DNA of 62,382 bases, the filler included, from Jimgerdemannia flammicorona (lineage: Eukaryota): the NCBI GenBank assembly GCA_003990765.1. It is 3 parts of 3 records of this genome, joined end to end, with 100 filler letters (N's around TTAATTAATTAA, not from the genome) between each part and the next. Parts side by side here need not be neighbours in the genome. Positions count along the whole stretch, not along the records: positions 1 to 20,734 come from RBNJ01001599.1; positions 20,835 to 41,567 come from RBNJ01001600.1; 1 more part is not named here. One strand, written 5' to 3'. The notes beneath the pieces are model-generated. The model made no database searches. It was not told the DNA's origin and saw nothing but the letters and a program-made list of their open reading frames with translations. Position 1 is the first letter of the stretch. The number at the start of each line of letters is the position of its first letter. Shown here in pieces: positions 11,301 to 22,022 of the stretch. The translations under genes were made by a program, and so were the position numbers.

Positions 11301-12289
11301 GTTATCTAAATGAATACGCACATGTGAGCTGGATCGAATCACCTACATTCAAACAGTCACACACTGATTTCCGACATACCTTCGAGATTCAGCTGGGTAA
11401 GGGCCGTGTTCTGCTTCAGAGACTCGGCCAAAGCACGGGCACCCTCATTGCCGATGTTATTCCCTGAAAAATGCACAAATACGCACAGGTCAGCTGGATC
11501 GAATCACCTACATTCAAAAAGTCACACACTGATTTCCGACATACCTTCGAGATTCAGCTGGGTAAGGGCCGTGTTCTGTTTCAGAGACTCGGCCAGAGCA
11601 CGGGTACCCACATTGTCGATGTTATTCTCTGAAAAATGCAAAAATACGCATAGGTCAGCTGGATCGAATCACCCACATTCAAACACTGATTTCCGACATA
11701 CCGTAGAGATTCAGCTGGGTAAGGGTCGTGTTCTGCTTCAGAGCCTCGGCCAGAGCACGGGCACTCTCATAGCCGATGCTATTCCCTATAAAATGAACAA
11801 ATACGCGCAGGTCAGCTGGATGGAATCACCCCATTCAAACAGTCACACAAATTTCGGTCATACATTCGAGATTCAGCTGGATAAGGGTCGTATTCTGCTT
11901 CAGAGACTCGGCCAGAGCACGGACCCCGTCATCGTCGATGCTATTCCCTGAAAAATGAACAAATACGCACAGTCAACTGGATGAATCACCAATATTCAAA
12001 CAGTCACACACTGATTTCTGACATACTGGAGAGATTCAGCTGGGTAAGCGTCGTGTTCTGCCTCAGAGACTCGGCCAGCGCGAGTACATCCTCAGCGTCA
12101 ATACGCCCGCCTGAAGTTGAATAGATGCATGAGCAGATACGCACAGATCGCCAGTTGGAACTCGTCATACAGCTGCAATCAACAGGTCACTCTGTTCAAA
12201 CATACCATAGAGATTCAGCGTAGACTGGGTCGTGAGTAGAGTCTTCATGTTTGTGTAAGAAGCGATAAGAGCAAAGCGATAAATGTCGC
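8309..12289 (-). CDS. Multi-exon RNase-inhibitor-like (NLRC3-type) 28-aa LRR protein, one LRR per exon; ~686 aa if started at ATG 12248
   Basis: Exons 5'->3': 12289(or ATG 12248)-12206, 12110-12027, 11947-11864, 11785-11702, 11628-11545, 11463-11380, 11305-11222, 11145-11062, 10990-10907, 10822-10739, 10674-10591, 10509-10426, 10346-10263, 10180-10097, 10016-9933, 9852-9769, 9688-9605, 9530-9447, 9372-9289, 9207-9124(or 9118), 9035-8949, 8867-8784, 8712-8629, 8556-8473, 8391-8309 (TAA). Introns are GTATG...YAG, mostly with a CTGAC-type branch site, all phase 1. No in-frame stop after splicing. Consensus xNxIGxEGARALAESLKQNTTLTQLNLx. Confidence 0.88.
8392..12110 (-). repeat. Tandem array of 23 exon+intron units of ~150-170 bp
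   Basis: The intron consensus GTATGTCGGAAATCAGTGTGTGACTGTTTGAATGTGGGTGATTCGATCCAGCTGACCTGTGCGTATTTGTGCATTTTTCAG recurs in every unit. Confidence 0.95.
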
Positions 12290-12353
12290 CTAGTAAAGAA
12301 CTTTATTCCTAACCCTAGCCCTGGTCATCTGATAGCCGTTCCACACAATCTAA

Positions 12354-12614
12354 GTCAACTGCACGCTAAACCTCAATAGCTCTCTCTCTGGTCTGTGCGC
12401 TCCCCCGCAAGAGGTCCTCGGGAACATTCACCTGCACATTGCCGCATGCCACGACTTCGTCTCCTTCGCCCTCACGAGTTGGTTCAACGCAAACGTTGCC
12501 ATTACCTTCTACATGCCGAAGCGGTGGTTTCGACCTCTGGATGCAAATACACTCTTACCGACGTGGCATCTGCGACAGATCTTGCAAGTGCCCAACCCCA
12601 CCACCATTACCTGA
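12354..12614 (+). pseudogene. Possible F-box-like fragment
   Basis: The frame reads LSGLCAPPQEVLGNIHLHIAACHDFVSFALTSWF, resembling the F-box consensus LPxEILxxIxxxLxxxDxxxxxxVS. No ATG before the motif, and stops downstream. Confidence 0.3.
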
Positions 12615-12967
12615 TATAGGTCGTCCAAAAGGCTGTCTGGTGCACCCAGTCGTACTTGTCATCAAGCTACAAAGAAATCTTTATGAAGTGCTCGAAGCTG
12701 TATCCCAAAATCATCATCTCTGCATCACTGACAAGGTCGTTGCCTTCGCCATGCTCGCCCTCTTACCGACATGAGATTCGCTTTGACGGGGAGTGGGCTG
12801 TCAGAGATCGTCATTCCCAGGGAAGTGAGGGTCGCGCTTTGTCATAGGTGCAATAACCCGATTGGGTATCATGCTATTTTGTTGGGTGCGCTTGTTAACC
12901 CAACCGTGGCCATGGGGACAGATGCAGGGGGGAAAGAAAATAGGGATTGAGGTATCGCCTGGAGACT

Positions 12968-13099
12968 GTGTTCCCGTACTGAGGCCATAATAACTTGACG
13001 GATGTTTTCTTCACACTGGACCCCAGAATACCTCCGTGTTCCCGTACTGAGGCCATATGATAACTTGACAGATGTTTTCTTCACGCTGGACCCAGAATA
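12968..13099. repeat. Two-copy ~69-bp tandem duplication
   Basis: TGTTCCCGTACTGAGGCCATA..ATAACTTGACxGATGTTTTCTTCACxCTGGACCC occurs at ~12968 and ~13037. Confidence 0.8.
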
Positions 13100-14699
13100 T
13101 CGCATTCTCTGACCCCACCCCACCATCTCCATCTCCAACCTGACTCCCTTCTCCTCTTCAACCCCTCCCCGTCACCACCAAGCCCCCTCCTTAGCCACGC
13201 CTCCTTCCGCATCGTCTTCCGCTACATCAAATATACAGTTTTGGCACACCCCTTAGATGCAATGATTTCGCGACTTTACTGAGCGCCATTTTCTGCTAGA
13301 CATAGACCTGACACGCGGGTTGCGGTGCTGTGTATAGCTGGATGTAGACAAGGTGATGGCTAGATCATGTTCTTTGAGGGAGCAAGCATCTGCGATATGT
13401 GATGTTTGATTACTATATCATTTTCATAAATCTTATTTAATAATATATATTAATTTACAATATAATATAATAATATTAAATTAGTAATTTTAAATAATAT
13501 ATTTAAATGAAATATTTTTAAATTTCTAAATATTCTTATTATAAATATATTAATATAAATGCTTAAAAGTTATATTTTATAATTAAAATACTTCAGAATA
13601 ATATATTTATTAATTATAAATTATAAACTTATAATTAATTAGTAAAAACCCTATAAAACTTACTAAACTTAATTAAGCTAATTAGAATATTATATTATTA
13701 TTTATAAATTTTAAAAAATATTAAGTTAATTATATTAAATTATATTTTAAAAATAATATTTTAGTTATTTTTTTATTTTAAATTTCTTTTATATACTCTT
13801 TTTAGCTATTTATATTTTATCTTTAGAAATATTATTGTTAAACTTTTTACACTTTTTATAAATCTATAATATTTATTATATCTTTATTATCTATATTATT
13901 TTAATTTTTATATATTTATTAATTATTATTATTATATATTATTATTATTTAAATTAGTAAAGTTGTTCAAATTCTGCCTATCCTATATTTAGTTGAAAAA
14001 CTACAATAATTAAAGATAGTACTCTCTGTAGTTGACATATTTCATAATCTCTTATAGAATACAGTAGTAGAATACTTTGGATCTTAGGATTTAGAAGACA
14101 TCTAACTAACTGACAGAAATAGTATACAATCAAATTACTTTACTTATATTATTATTATTATTATTATTATATAGAGTATAACTATAATATAACTAATTTA
14201 ATGATTTATTATTAAAAATATATTAATTAAATTATTAATCTATCTATTTGTTGAGATAACTTGTGATTTATATGTAGCGTCATTAATTGCCTACGTCACT
14301 AACTTTACGTCATCATTCATAACGCGTTACCTGCATATTATCCGCTCTTTATATACATCCCGCGTTATCATATAATTTACTTTATAATAATTTAGTATCT
14401 AAATTTCCTATTAGATATATATTAAGAAATAATATTAATAACAAATATAAAATTACAAAAATTAAATTACATTTGATATATTAAGAATACTAAAAGCAAA
14501 ATACTTTTATAATCAATTAATTCAAGTTAGGGTAAATTTCATTAGAAACTATATCATAATTTCTATTCCAATTAAATATATAATATTTATAAAAATCAGC
14601 ATATATCACTACAATCTAGTTTGAATTCCATAAATTCATCTGTATCTCTAGCAAGCAGTTGGCAAAGCTTATAGGAATTTGAACAAACTGCCTTAAGTT

Positions 14700-15000
14700 T
14701 TGACTACCAGATCGCCACCTTCTCCAATGTGCGCTTTTGGTCAGCCTGATGCGGTTCATTTCTGGGCACAATATGGTAGGTTATTACTATTATTTGTGTT
14801 GATTTTTTTTGATTTTTTGCTTGTTTGCTGACTCGAACCGGCAGAGTACATCAAGGGACCAGACATTGACCTACTGGGATTGCGATTTCGCCCAAAACTA
14901 CAGGGTCTGCAAATACATTGACGCCAGCGAGGGCGGCCCATACGTGATTGCAGAATCCGAGATTTTCAAACACCATTCTCCAATTTTAATACTAGGTGTA
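14700..15000 (+). pseudogene. Possible WD40-like gene fragment
   Basis: CpG-retaining island with an intron-like GTAGG...CAG (~14776-14844) followed by STSRDQTLTYWD, which resembles WD40 S-x-S-x-D-x-T-L-x-x-W-D. The upstream part has a stop. Confidence 0.2.
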
Positions 15001-15432
15001 ATTAGCATATCCGGCACGACGAATAACAGTGTCGCGTTCGCCTTCGTGTTAAAAAAGGGCAATAATACTCTCAGTTTCCCCACGAATATAAAATAAAATA
15101 AAATAAAATAAAAAGTGATGCGCTCTAAGGGTTTCTCCCCCAAGACCAATCCAAGTACAATGTCGGAACATGCCCTTGCAAATGAAAGCTATGGTGGTGC
15201 ACCGGTCTGATACCACAGTGAGGGGAGGATCAAACCATCGCGCTCCAACACTCCAAAAACACTATAATACTGATCCCCCCTAGGCTTGAACGATGTTTTC
15301 GTGAATCTATTAGTCGAAAAATTACATATTAAGCGATTCGATTACTAAGGATATAAAAAATTGGGACCCACAAAATTAAACGACGCAACGTACAAATAAC
15401 AGTGAAAATGGCTATATGTAAGCCAAACAAGC

Positions 15433-18400
15433 CTAATCAAATTTCACGTCGCCAGGTTTGTTCTCCTCCTCCCATTCGTGAATATCGTCAGGTTTCGCCT
15501 CATAGAATATATCGTCCGGAAAGTTGGTTTTGTTCCGACGTTCCCGAGGAAGCATCCAGAAACATTCTATTTCCGCAATGGCCTGCAGAATAAAGATTCA
15601 CAAGATGAGTGCCAGGCGTGATTGCGGCGCGAAAACTCCACGCTTGTAAAGTATGCCACATACCTTTGCCCGCTGCAACCTGAAGGATGCCCCAGCATCC
15701 TGGAACGCTTCAGCATAATTGTCACCCAGCATAGCAATGAGCAAGTTGAGAAGGTAAACCATTGCGACGAAGGTGAACATGAAGCGGAATATATCGGCCA
15801 TGTGGCTAAACCCATCCCAGGCCTGCAGCCCGGACATGTCGCCCGTGATCCCCCAGTAAGTGTTCTTGAGCGAGGTTGAGAAGCTGCTGAAGGCGTTGGG
15901 GTCACCTTTCGGGCCGGTATCGTAGTTTCCGAGTAGTGCCCAAGTCCCGTGCCCGAAACCCACGAGGATGACGAATACGACGGCCAAGAAAGGAATGATT
16001 TGTTTCACACCGCTGAGGAGGGTGTTGACAAAAATGCCGATGGCTTTGAAGACGCGTAGTTGCTGGAGGAAGTGCAGCCATAGCAACAAGATGGTCAGGG
16101 CCGTCAGGTCGGTCTGAGTGCCCACATACCCAGCCTGCAAGTTGTTGACAGATATAGTGATGGGCAGGATATAGCACAGAAGGTCGATGAAGTTGTACAC
16201 GTTGAGGAAGTATTTCTTCGGGCCGTGGTAGATCAGTTGCCTAATCTCGTGACAAAGGAACAAAGAGCCGAGGGAGATAGCGCCGATTTGGAACTGAACC
16301 GACCACGCAGGCCACGCTGGCGGGTCGGAATTAGCGGGATACCGCTGCACCATCGGGTTCGTAGAGACGAACCAGAGGACCATGTATATAATCTCAACCA
16401 ACCAAATCAAGAGCCAACGGAACGCGGCATACGAACGCCATTTGAAATCTAAGCGAGGTTTTCGTAAAGCGTTGATTAAGATCAGGATCAGAAAAAAAAA
16501 AAAAAAAATCCGTTTGCAATGGCAAAACTCCTGAGGGGGTATCGTGGGATTCATACGTACCCAAGACTACATCCCAAAAGTCCGCCTCGAAGACCTCTTG
16601 GGCATTTTCCGAGTGAACAATCTCGGTGAAAACGCTATGCGCTTTCCAAATACCGTTCTGGCGGATAGGTGGGTCTCCATATCTTGTAGGGCGAAAGCAG
16701 AATGAGGTATGTAAGTTTCAGGGCAGGGAGGAACACAAAAACGAGGCGCTGACAATCAAAGCGGAACGATCGATACAAATGAGAGTCGTCTTCTTCGTTA
16801 AGATACTCGAAGGCACAGATTCTCCTCAGCGGTACGATGCAAAGTGCATGAAGGGTCTTCGTCTTGTTTTCTTCCATCAATCTCATTTGGTAGAGGAGCC
16901 ACTTGAACGGCGACCGGTACCATGTCAAGCGTAAGTTGCGATCGAACGATACACGCCCGTACATGAAAGGGAATTCACTGAGCAACCTGAGCTGAACGAT
17001 ATTATGTTCGTCGCTACTAGATTTCCCAGGTTTCCTTTTTACAAGCGTAACCTTGGTATAACCAACGCGGCAGAGAACTTTCTGGGCGTATTTTGGATAA
17101 TGTGCGATGATGGTTGGGAAAACAGCGGATACGTCGATCATGAAATCTACAGGATAATCATGAAGTTCAATCGTTAAACTTGACACAATAAGGAACAGAA
17201 TTCGAATAGTGCACCAATGTAAACCTAACCTGTTGGCACGAGTTGATTGCTCTTTTCATCCACGATGAGAGGTTCCGGAGGTTTCTTCTCCTTCCCCTTC
17301 TTTGAGGTTTTCTTGGGCTCAGAAACCGTTTCTAGCGTATCCGATTTGGGTTTAGCAAACATACCACCTTTCGGATGGCGCCTTGTGTGGTTATTTTTCC
17401 CCTTATGCGACGTGGGCGACATTTTCTCCTCTTCCAAAAACGGCATGTCTTCCTCCTTCTTTTTCACATATAGGTACATTGACTCCTCCGGAATGGGTGT
17501 GGTGTTCAGCGTGAGGAGCCTGGCAACTTCTTTTCGCAGCGATACTTCCGCAACCCCGCGAAGAATATGTTTGTCCGCCGGGATGACGTCTCGATCCTTA
17601 TGCCGGTACTTGTGGCGGATGACGCTCTCCCAAACTGAGTGACTATACTTGATGTAACTTTTGTCGGTGATAGGCGGTAGCTGAGGACCTTGTGGAATTT
17701 GCTTGGCCAAGGGTTCTGAATGATTGAGAGGAAATTTTGCCGAGTTAGTTCACGCGTTGGGATTTAAGAATACCGCAAAAAAAAAAAAAAAAAATGATAC
17801 GTTACCTGCAGGTTCCAGTTCCGGTTCCGAATCCGGGATCGCATCAACCGTAATATCCACACCGTCCTCGTTGAATGGATGAAGTGCGACAAGGACAAGA
17901 TCGTCTACTACGTCCTCAACCGTGCTACTTAAACCAATCCGCTCGGTAATGTCGACGCTATCATCACGAGTAACCGACATATTGATGGCGACATGGTCGG
18001 GGACTGGTTTAGAAACCTCAACTTTTCTTGCTGACGGAGATCGACGCAACTCGCCGTCGCCAGGAGGCGTAGGCTTTACCGTCTGCTTCACTGGCGACAC
18101 AGGAGCCACATGTTCGTCATCGTGAGGCACTGTCTCCACCTGTTCGTCATCGTGAGGCACTGTTTCCACTTGTTCGTCATCGTGAGGCGCTGTCTCCATT
18201 GACTGCCTCACTGTCTGCCTCACTGGCCGCATACGAGCAACCTGCTCGCCATCACGCGGTGGTGCCTCCTCCGGCTGTCTTACTGGTCGCACTGGTCGCA
18301 CACGAGCCCCCTGTTCGCCATCACGCAGTGGTGCCTCCACCAGCTGTCTTACTGGTCGCATACGAGTCACCTGTACGCCATCGGGAGACGCCGCTTCCTC

Positions 18401-20716
18401 AGGTGGCGTCATTGATCGCTCAAGAACCACATTGCTATCACGCCGTAATGCCTTCAGCAACTGCCTCGCTGACCGAGCACTATCTTTTGTTGCAGTTCTC
18501 ACCGGACGCGGCCGAGGCTCAGCAACCATTGGTACCATTTCCAGAGTCCGATTCATTGCCTTTGTAAGGTCGTACCCGGGATCAATGCATTCCGTCACGA
18601 GGTCGTTCTCGATGGCATTGCTGTCGGCCCTACGGTCGATCTCCCCTTGCGGAGAGCGCGTGCCAGGAATCGTAGCACTCCCGCCCTCCCCCCCTTCAAC
18701 AAGTCCCCCCATGTCATTCCAGTCGGTGGTGGTGTTCTCTGTATCCTCTATGGCACTCGTGTGGGTGGTAGTGTTCTCTGCATCTTCTATGTTACTCGCG
18801 TGGGTAGTGGTGTTCTCTGCATCCTCTACGTCCCTCGTGTGGGTGATGATGTTCTCTGCATCCTCTTTATCACTCGTGTGGATGGCGGTGTTCTCTGCGT
18901 CACTCGTGTGGGTGGTGGCGTTCTCTGCATCCTCTATGTCACTCACGTGGGTTGCGGAGTTCTCTGCATCCTCCATGTCACTCGTGTGGGTGGTGACGGT
19001 GTTCTCGGCATCATCTATGTCACCTGTATGGGCGGCGGCGTAGACCTCGGTGTGGTTTTTGAAAAAGGAATCAATAGTTCCAGAGCGATTGTTCACTTTA
19101 TGCACGAAGTCGGGGCCAGGGTTCGAGATGACTAATTCTTCAGGTTCCTCTACTAGAGGCAAGCCGAAATAGTCATGCTCGCCGGTGAAAGCGCGGGCGG
19201 GCGTTGGGTAGGGATCTGATGAATGAATTGCGGATGGGCCGGGGAGGGTATCTTGTCTCAGCATTTGCCGGCTAATTGCTTCTGGCCACCCATAAACGGG
19301 CCCGGGGGTAGGGGTATATTGTGACCAGTAACCGGATTCGGTCGAAGGTTGGCGAAACAGAGGAGGCCTGCGCTTAGGGTTCCAAATCCCCGAGGGCTTG
19401 CGGATGTTCATGGGCGGCTCCGGGCGTGGGGTTTTGGGCTGCGCAGCGTTGTCTGTGCGTTTTTTGATGACGAACGTAGTTTGGGTCAGGGTGGCAATCG
19501 CGCAGTCAACCAATGTCACGACGGACCCTTCTTTAAGGGTTCTGAGAGTGGTGCCGATGGCAAGCCTGGGATTCGCCTGACTAGAGAAATAGCCTTTATC
19601 GGTGGCAAACCATTGTTGGTTTGGCGCGCCGCCCGCGGCCTTGCGTTCGATTCGCAGATTTCCGCCAGCCACCGGAGTCCCGATTACTACAAAAACGGAT
19701 GACAACACGAGTGAGATTTGAGCTGTAATTGTGTGGGCTACATGAGACGAGAAGAAGTGGGCATGAAAACGTACTAGTGACCACTCTGCTCGAATCCTTG
19801 TTGACCAAGTACCCGTTGCGGAAGGCCCACAGCTGTTTCTTGGCATGGTAGTTTTTCTCGACCGCGAACACAATCCCACCGTCCTCACTGGCTTCCCATA
19901 CGAAGTGAGTACGGAACCTGCGAATCACAAACCACTGTGCTTTGTGTTCGTTTGATGAAGGCGGCGGGACGATCTTTGATTCCTTGGTCATGACGTCTTC
20001 AATCACTATATCGTTAAGAATGTCAAATGTTAATTACGGCTGGTAACACAGCTAATACTCGAAAACGTCATGATGAATCTTATTGGTACGTGCCTTCGGT
20101 TGGTTGTTTACGTGGGGTGTCATTACCGGCTCTCATGGAGAAAGGACTCTCGACTATGGGACCAGTGGTTGAGAAAAACTCGTCGTCGATGGAAAGCCCA
20201 ACCTTGAAGTTCCAGCTTTGCCTTTGGCGCGCCGCTTTGCCCTGTTCGGCTTCGACGAGCTGGATGCGGCCGTCGAGGTCGTCCACAACTAGATAACAAT
20301 CCGCCTTGGTGAACAAGAGACCATCCGATGTGCAACCCCATTGTTGGTTGTGATAGTTGAAAGGGTTCTTGCACGAAATAATAATTGCCGCATCGGCTTC
20401 ACTGCGGCCTGTTGATACAAAAGAGAATTAAACGGTTAAAGCAAAATTATATGCATTATATATTGGCAAGCGCAGTTGGGAACCTGTTTTTATGTCACAT
20501 TACCATTTTCAACATCGAGCACATGGTCAGTCCCATCGTTGATCAGAACGCCGTTCTGCGCACGCCACAGCTGGGACTTGTAGTTAACCCTGATGTCACA
20601 TTCCTGCAAAACCAATTTGTCTTCCTTGACGCACAGGACCTTGCGTGTGGACCACTGTTCAATGAAGAAGGGTTCTTTCGGGAAATCGAAGAGCCCGAAA
20701 CGGAACGGTTTCTCAT
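15433..20716 (-). CDS. Ricin-B-type lectin domains + low-complexity linker + fungal TRP-like ion channel; >1,500 aa, 5'-truncated by the gap
   Basis: Phase-consistent exons 20716-20504, 20408-20094, 20005-19775, 19686-17806, 17715-17230, 17146-16777, 16682-16561, 16448-15664, 15582-15433 (TAG). Lectin-like motifs: FPKEPFFI..SQLWRAQNGVLIN..VLDV, NQQWGCTSDG, KQLWAFRNGYLVN, NQQWFATDKG. Channel motifs: LCIVPL, DFKW, six hydrophobic segments with YNFIDL, pore FSSFSTSLKNTYWGITGD, LLNLLIAMLGD, TRP-box-like FRLQRAK-AIAEIE. Confidence 0.85.
18107..19035 (-). repeat. Coding tandem repeats in the linker of the lectin-TRP gene
   Basis: About 8 copies of ~13-aa TTHTSDxEDAENT (~39 bp, 18725-19035), about 3 copies of ~20-aa RxRPVRQxxEAPxRDGEQ (18200-18400), and 3 copies of 10-aa ETVPHDDEQV (30 bp, 18107-18197). 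Confidence 0.9.
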
Positions 20717-20734
20717 CTACCCCGCAAAAAAAAA

Positions 20735-20834
20735 NNNNNNNNNNNNNNNNNNNNNNNNNNNNNNNNNNNNNNNNNNNNTTAATTAATTAANNNNNNNNNN
20801 NNNNNNNNNNNNNNNNNNNNNNNNNNNNNNNNNN
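20735..20834. other. Assembly gap with six-frame-stop linker
   Basis: 44 N + TTAATTAATTAA + 44 N. Confidence 0.97.
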
Positions 20835-22022
20835 TTTTTTTTAAGTAAATAATACTATAGATCATTTATTGAATAAATAATCAAAGCAGTTATATATCAA
20901 TTTAATTATACATACTTAGCCAGAAAACTACAAATTATTACTTAGTCAATATATATAAATACTCTAGCAATTATATTTGAAATAAACCAGCTCTTAGTTA
21001 AGTATCAAATATAAGAAGTTCTCTCTCTATACATATTCTTCTGAGTTTTTAATAATGATACCTAAGTTACTCTAATATTTCTGACTAAACTTCAGAAGTC
21101 TAGCTAACTTCTGCCAGAATTGAGAACTGATATATAAAGCTAAAAGAAAACTTCTTTGAATCTAAATTTTAAGATATTTAGTCTATATATAGTAAGAATA
21201 AGTCTTTTATAACTATGGTTACAAAAGAAGAGCAATATCTTTATTTTGCTATAAAGAATCTATACTTCCTTAATCTTAGTAAATACTACTAATTGAAAGA
21301 ATAATTAAAAGGCTTAATACATATATATTAAGTCTCTAAGTAATATATATCTTATTACTTAAGTTATCTAAAAATATAAGAGGAGTTGAAATAAGTATTA
21401 TTACAACTTAATAGTAGCAGAATTCTGAGTTAAGATAGTATCAGACTTTTTTATAAGTTGGAACCAAGATCCAATATTAGACAGAAGAAACTCAGAACTA
21501 ACTATAGATAATTCAAGAATTAACTTATAAACTAAAACCTATCTTATAATGACTATTAAGACTAGATATATTTAGGAAAATACCAATCAAGATCTCAATC
21601 AATAGCTAGTAGACCAAACTTACTAGAATTTATATAAGGTATTTAGAAACCACCATTCAGATCTTAGGAATATCTGCAGCTACCATAAGTTTAATATTCT
21701 TATTGAAAACTATACTAGTCACACTAGGACTTCAGAATTGATTACTATAATTAACTAGAAATTTTTAAATCATATCTTTGATTCTGAAGTATAAATAGTA
21801 GTCAAAGAGTAGATTGATTCAGACCAATATTACACTATTCTAATCTGAACATCTCTCTATTACTGGGTAGAAATCTACTATATAAACTCAATAATCAGAC
21901 TAGAATAAGAATGATTAGATCTACTTCTATGTATAAACTTCAGAATAAGAAGTAAGCCCAGCTACTCAACTTAGATTAGAAATTCTTTTTAAAGAACTAA
22001 GTTAATACTATAACATTCAGAC

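Noticed and set aside
8499..11951. Many plus-strand ORFs of the MFCFRDSARARAP type
   Set aside because: These are antisense shadows of the LRR exons and introns.
8392..12110. CRISPR-like array of regular repeats with variable parts
   Set aside because: The units are ~150-170 bp and similar along their whole length. They resolve into GT-AG introns and LRR exons. The context is eukaryotic, with no cas genes.
13400..14600. Extremely AT-rich stretch as organellar insert, origin or centromere
   Set aside because: No gene or RNA features are recognisable. It is best explained as a terminally mutated repeat relic.
20320..20345. Apparent frameshift in the second lectin exon
   Set aside because: On re-reading, the run is TGGGGT and the frame NQQWGCTSDGLLFTK is intact.
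15622..20790. Plus-strand and alternative-frame ORFs over the lectin-TRP gene (e.g. 18432-19043, 17247-17642, 20385-20786)
   Set aside because: These are shadows of GC-rich or repetitive coding sequence on the minus strand.
20735..20834. TTAATTAATTAA palindrome as a biological site (also 41612-41623)
   Set aside because: It is an artificial linker centred in N runs. Adjacency across these gaps should not be trusted.
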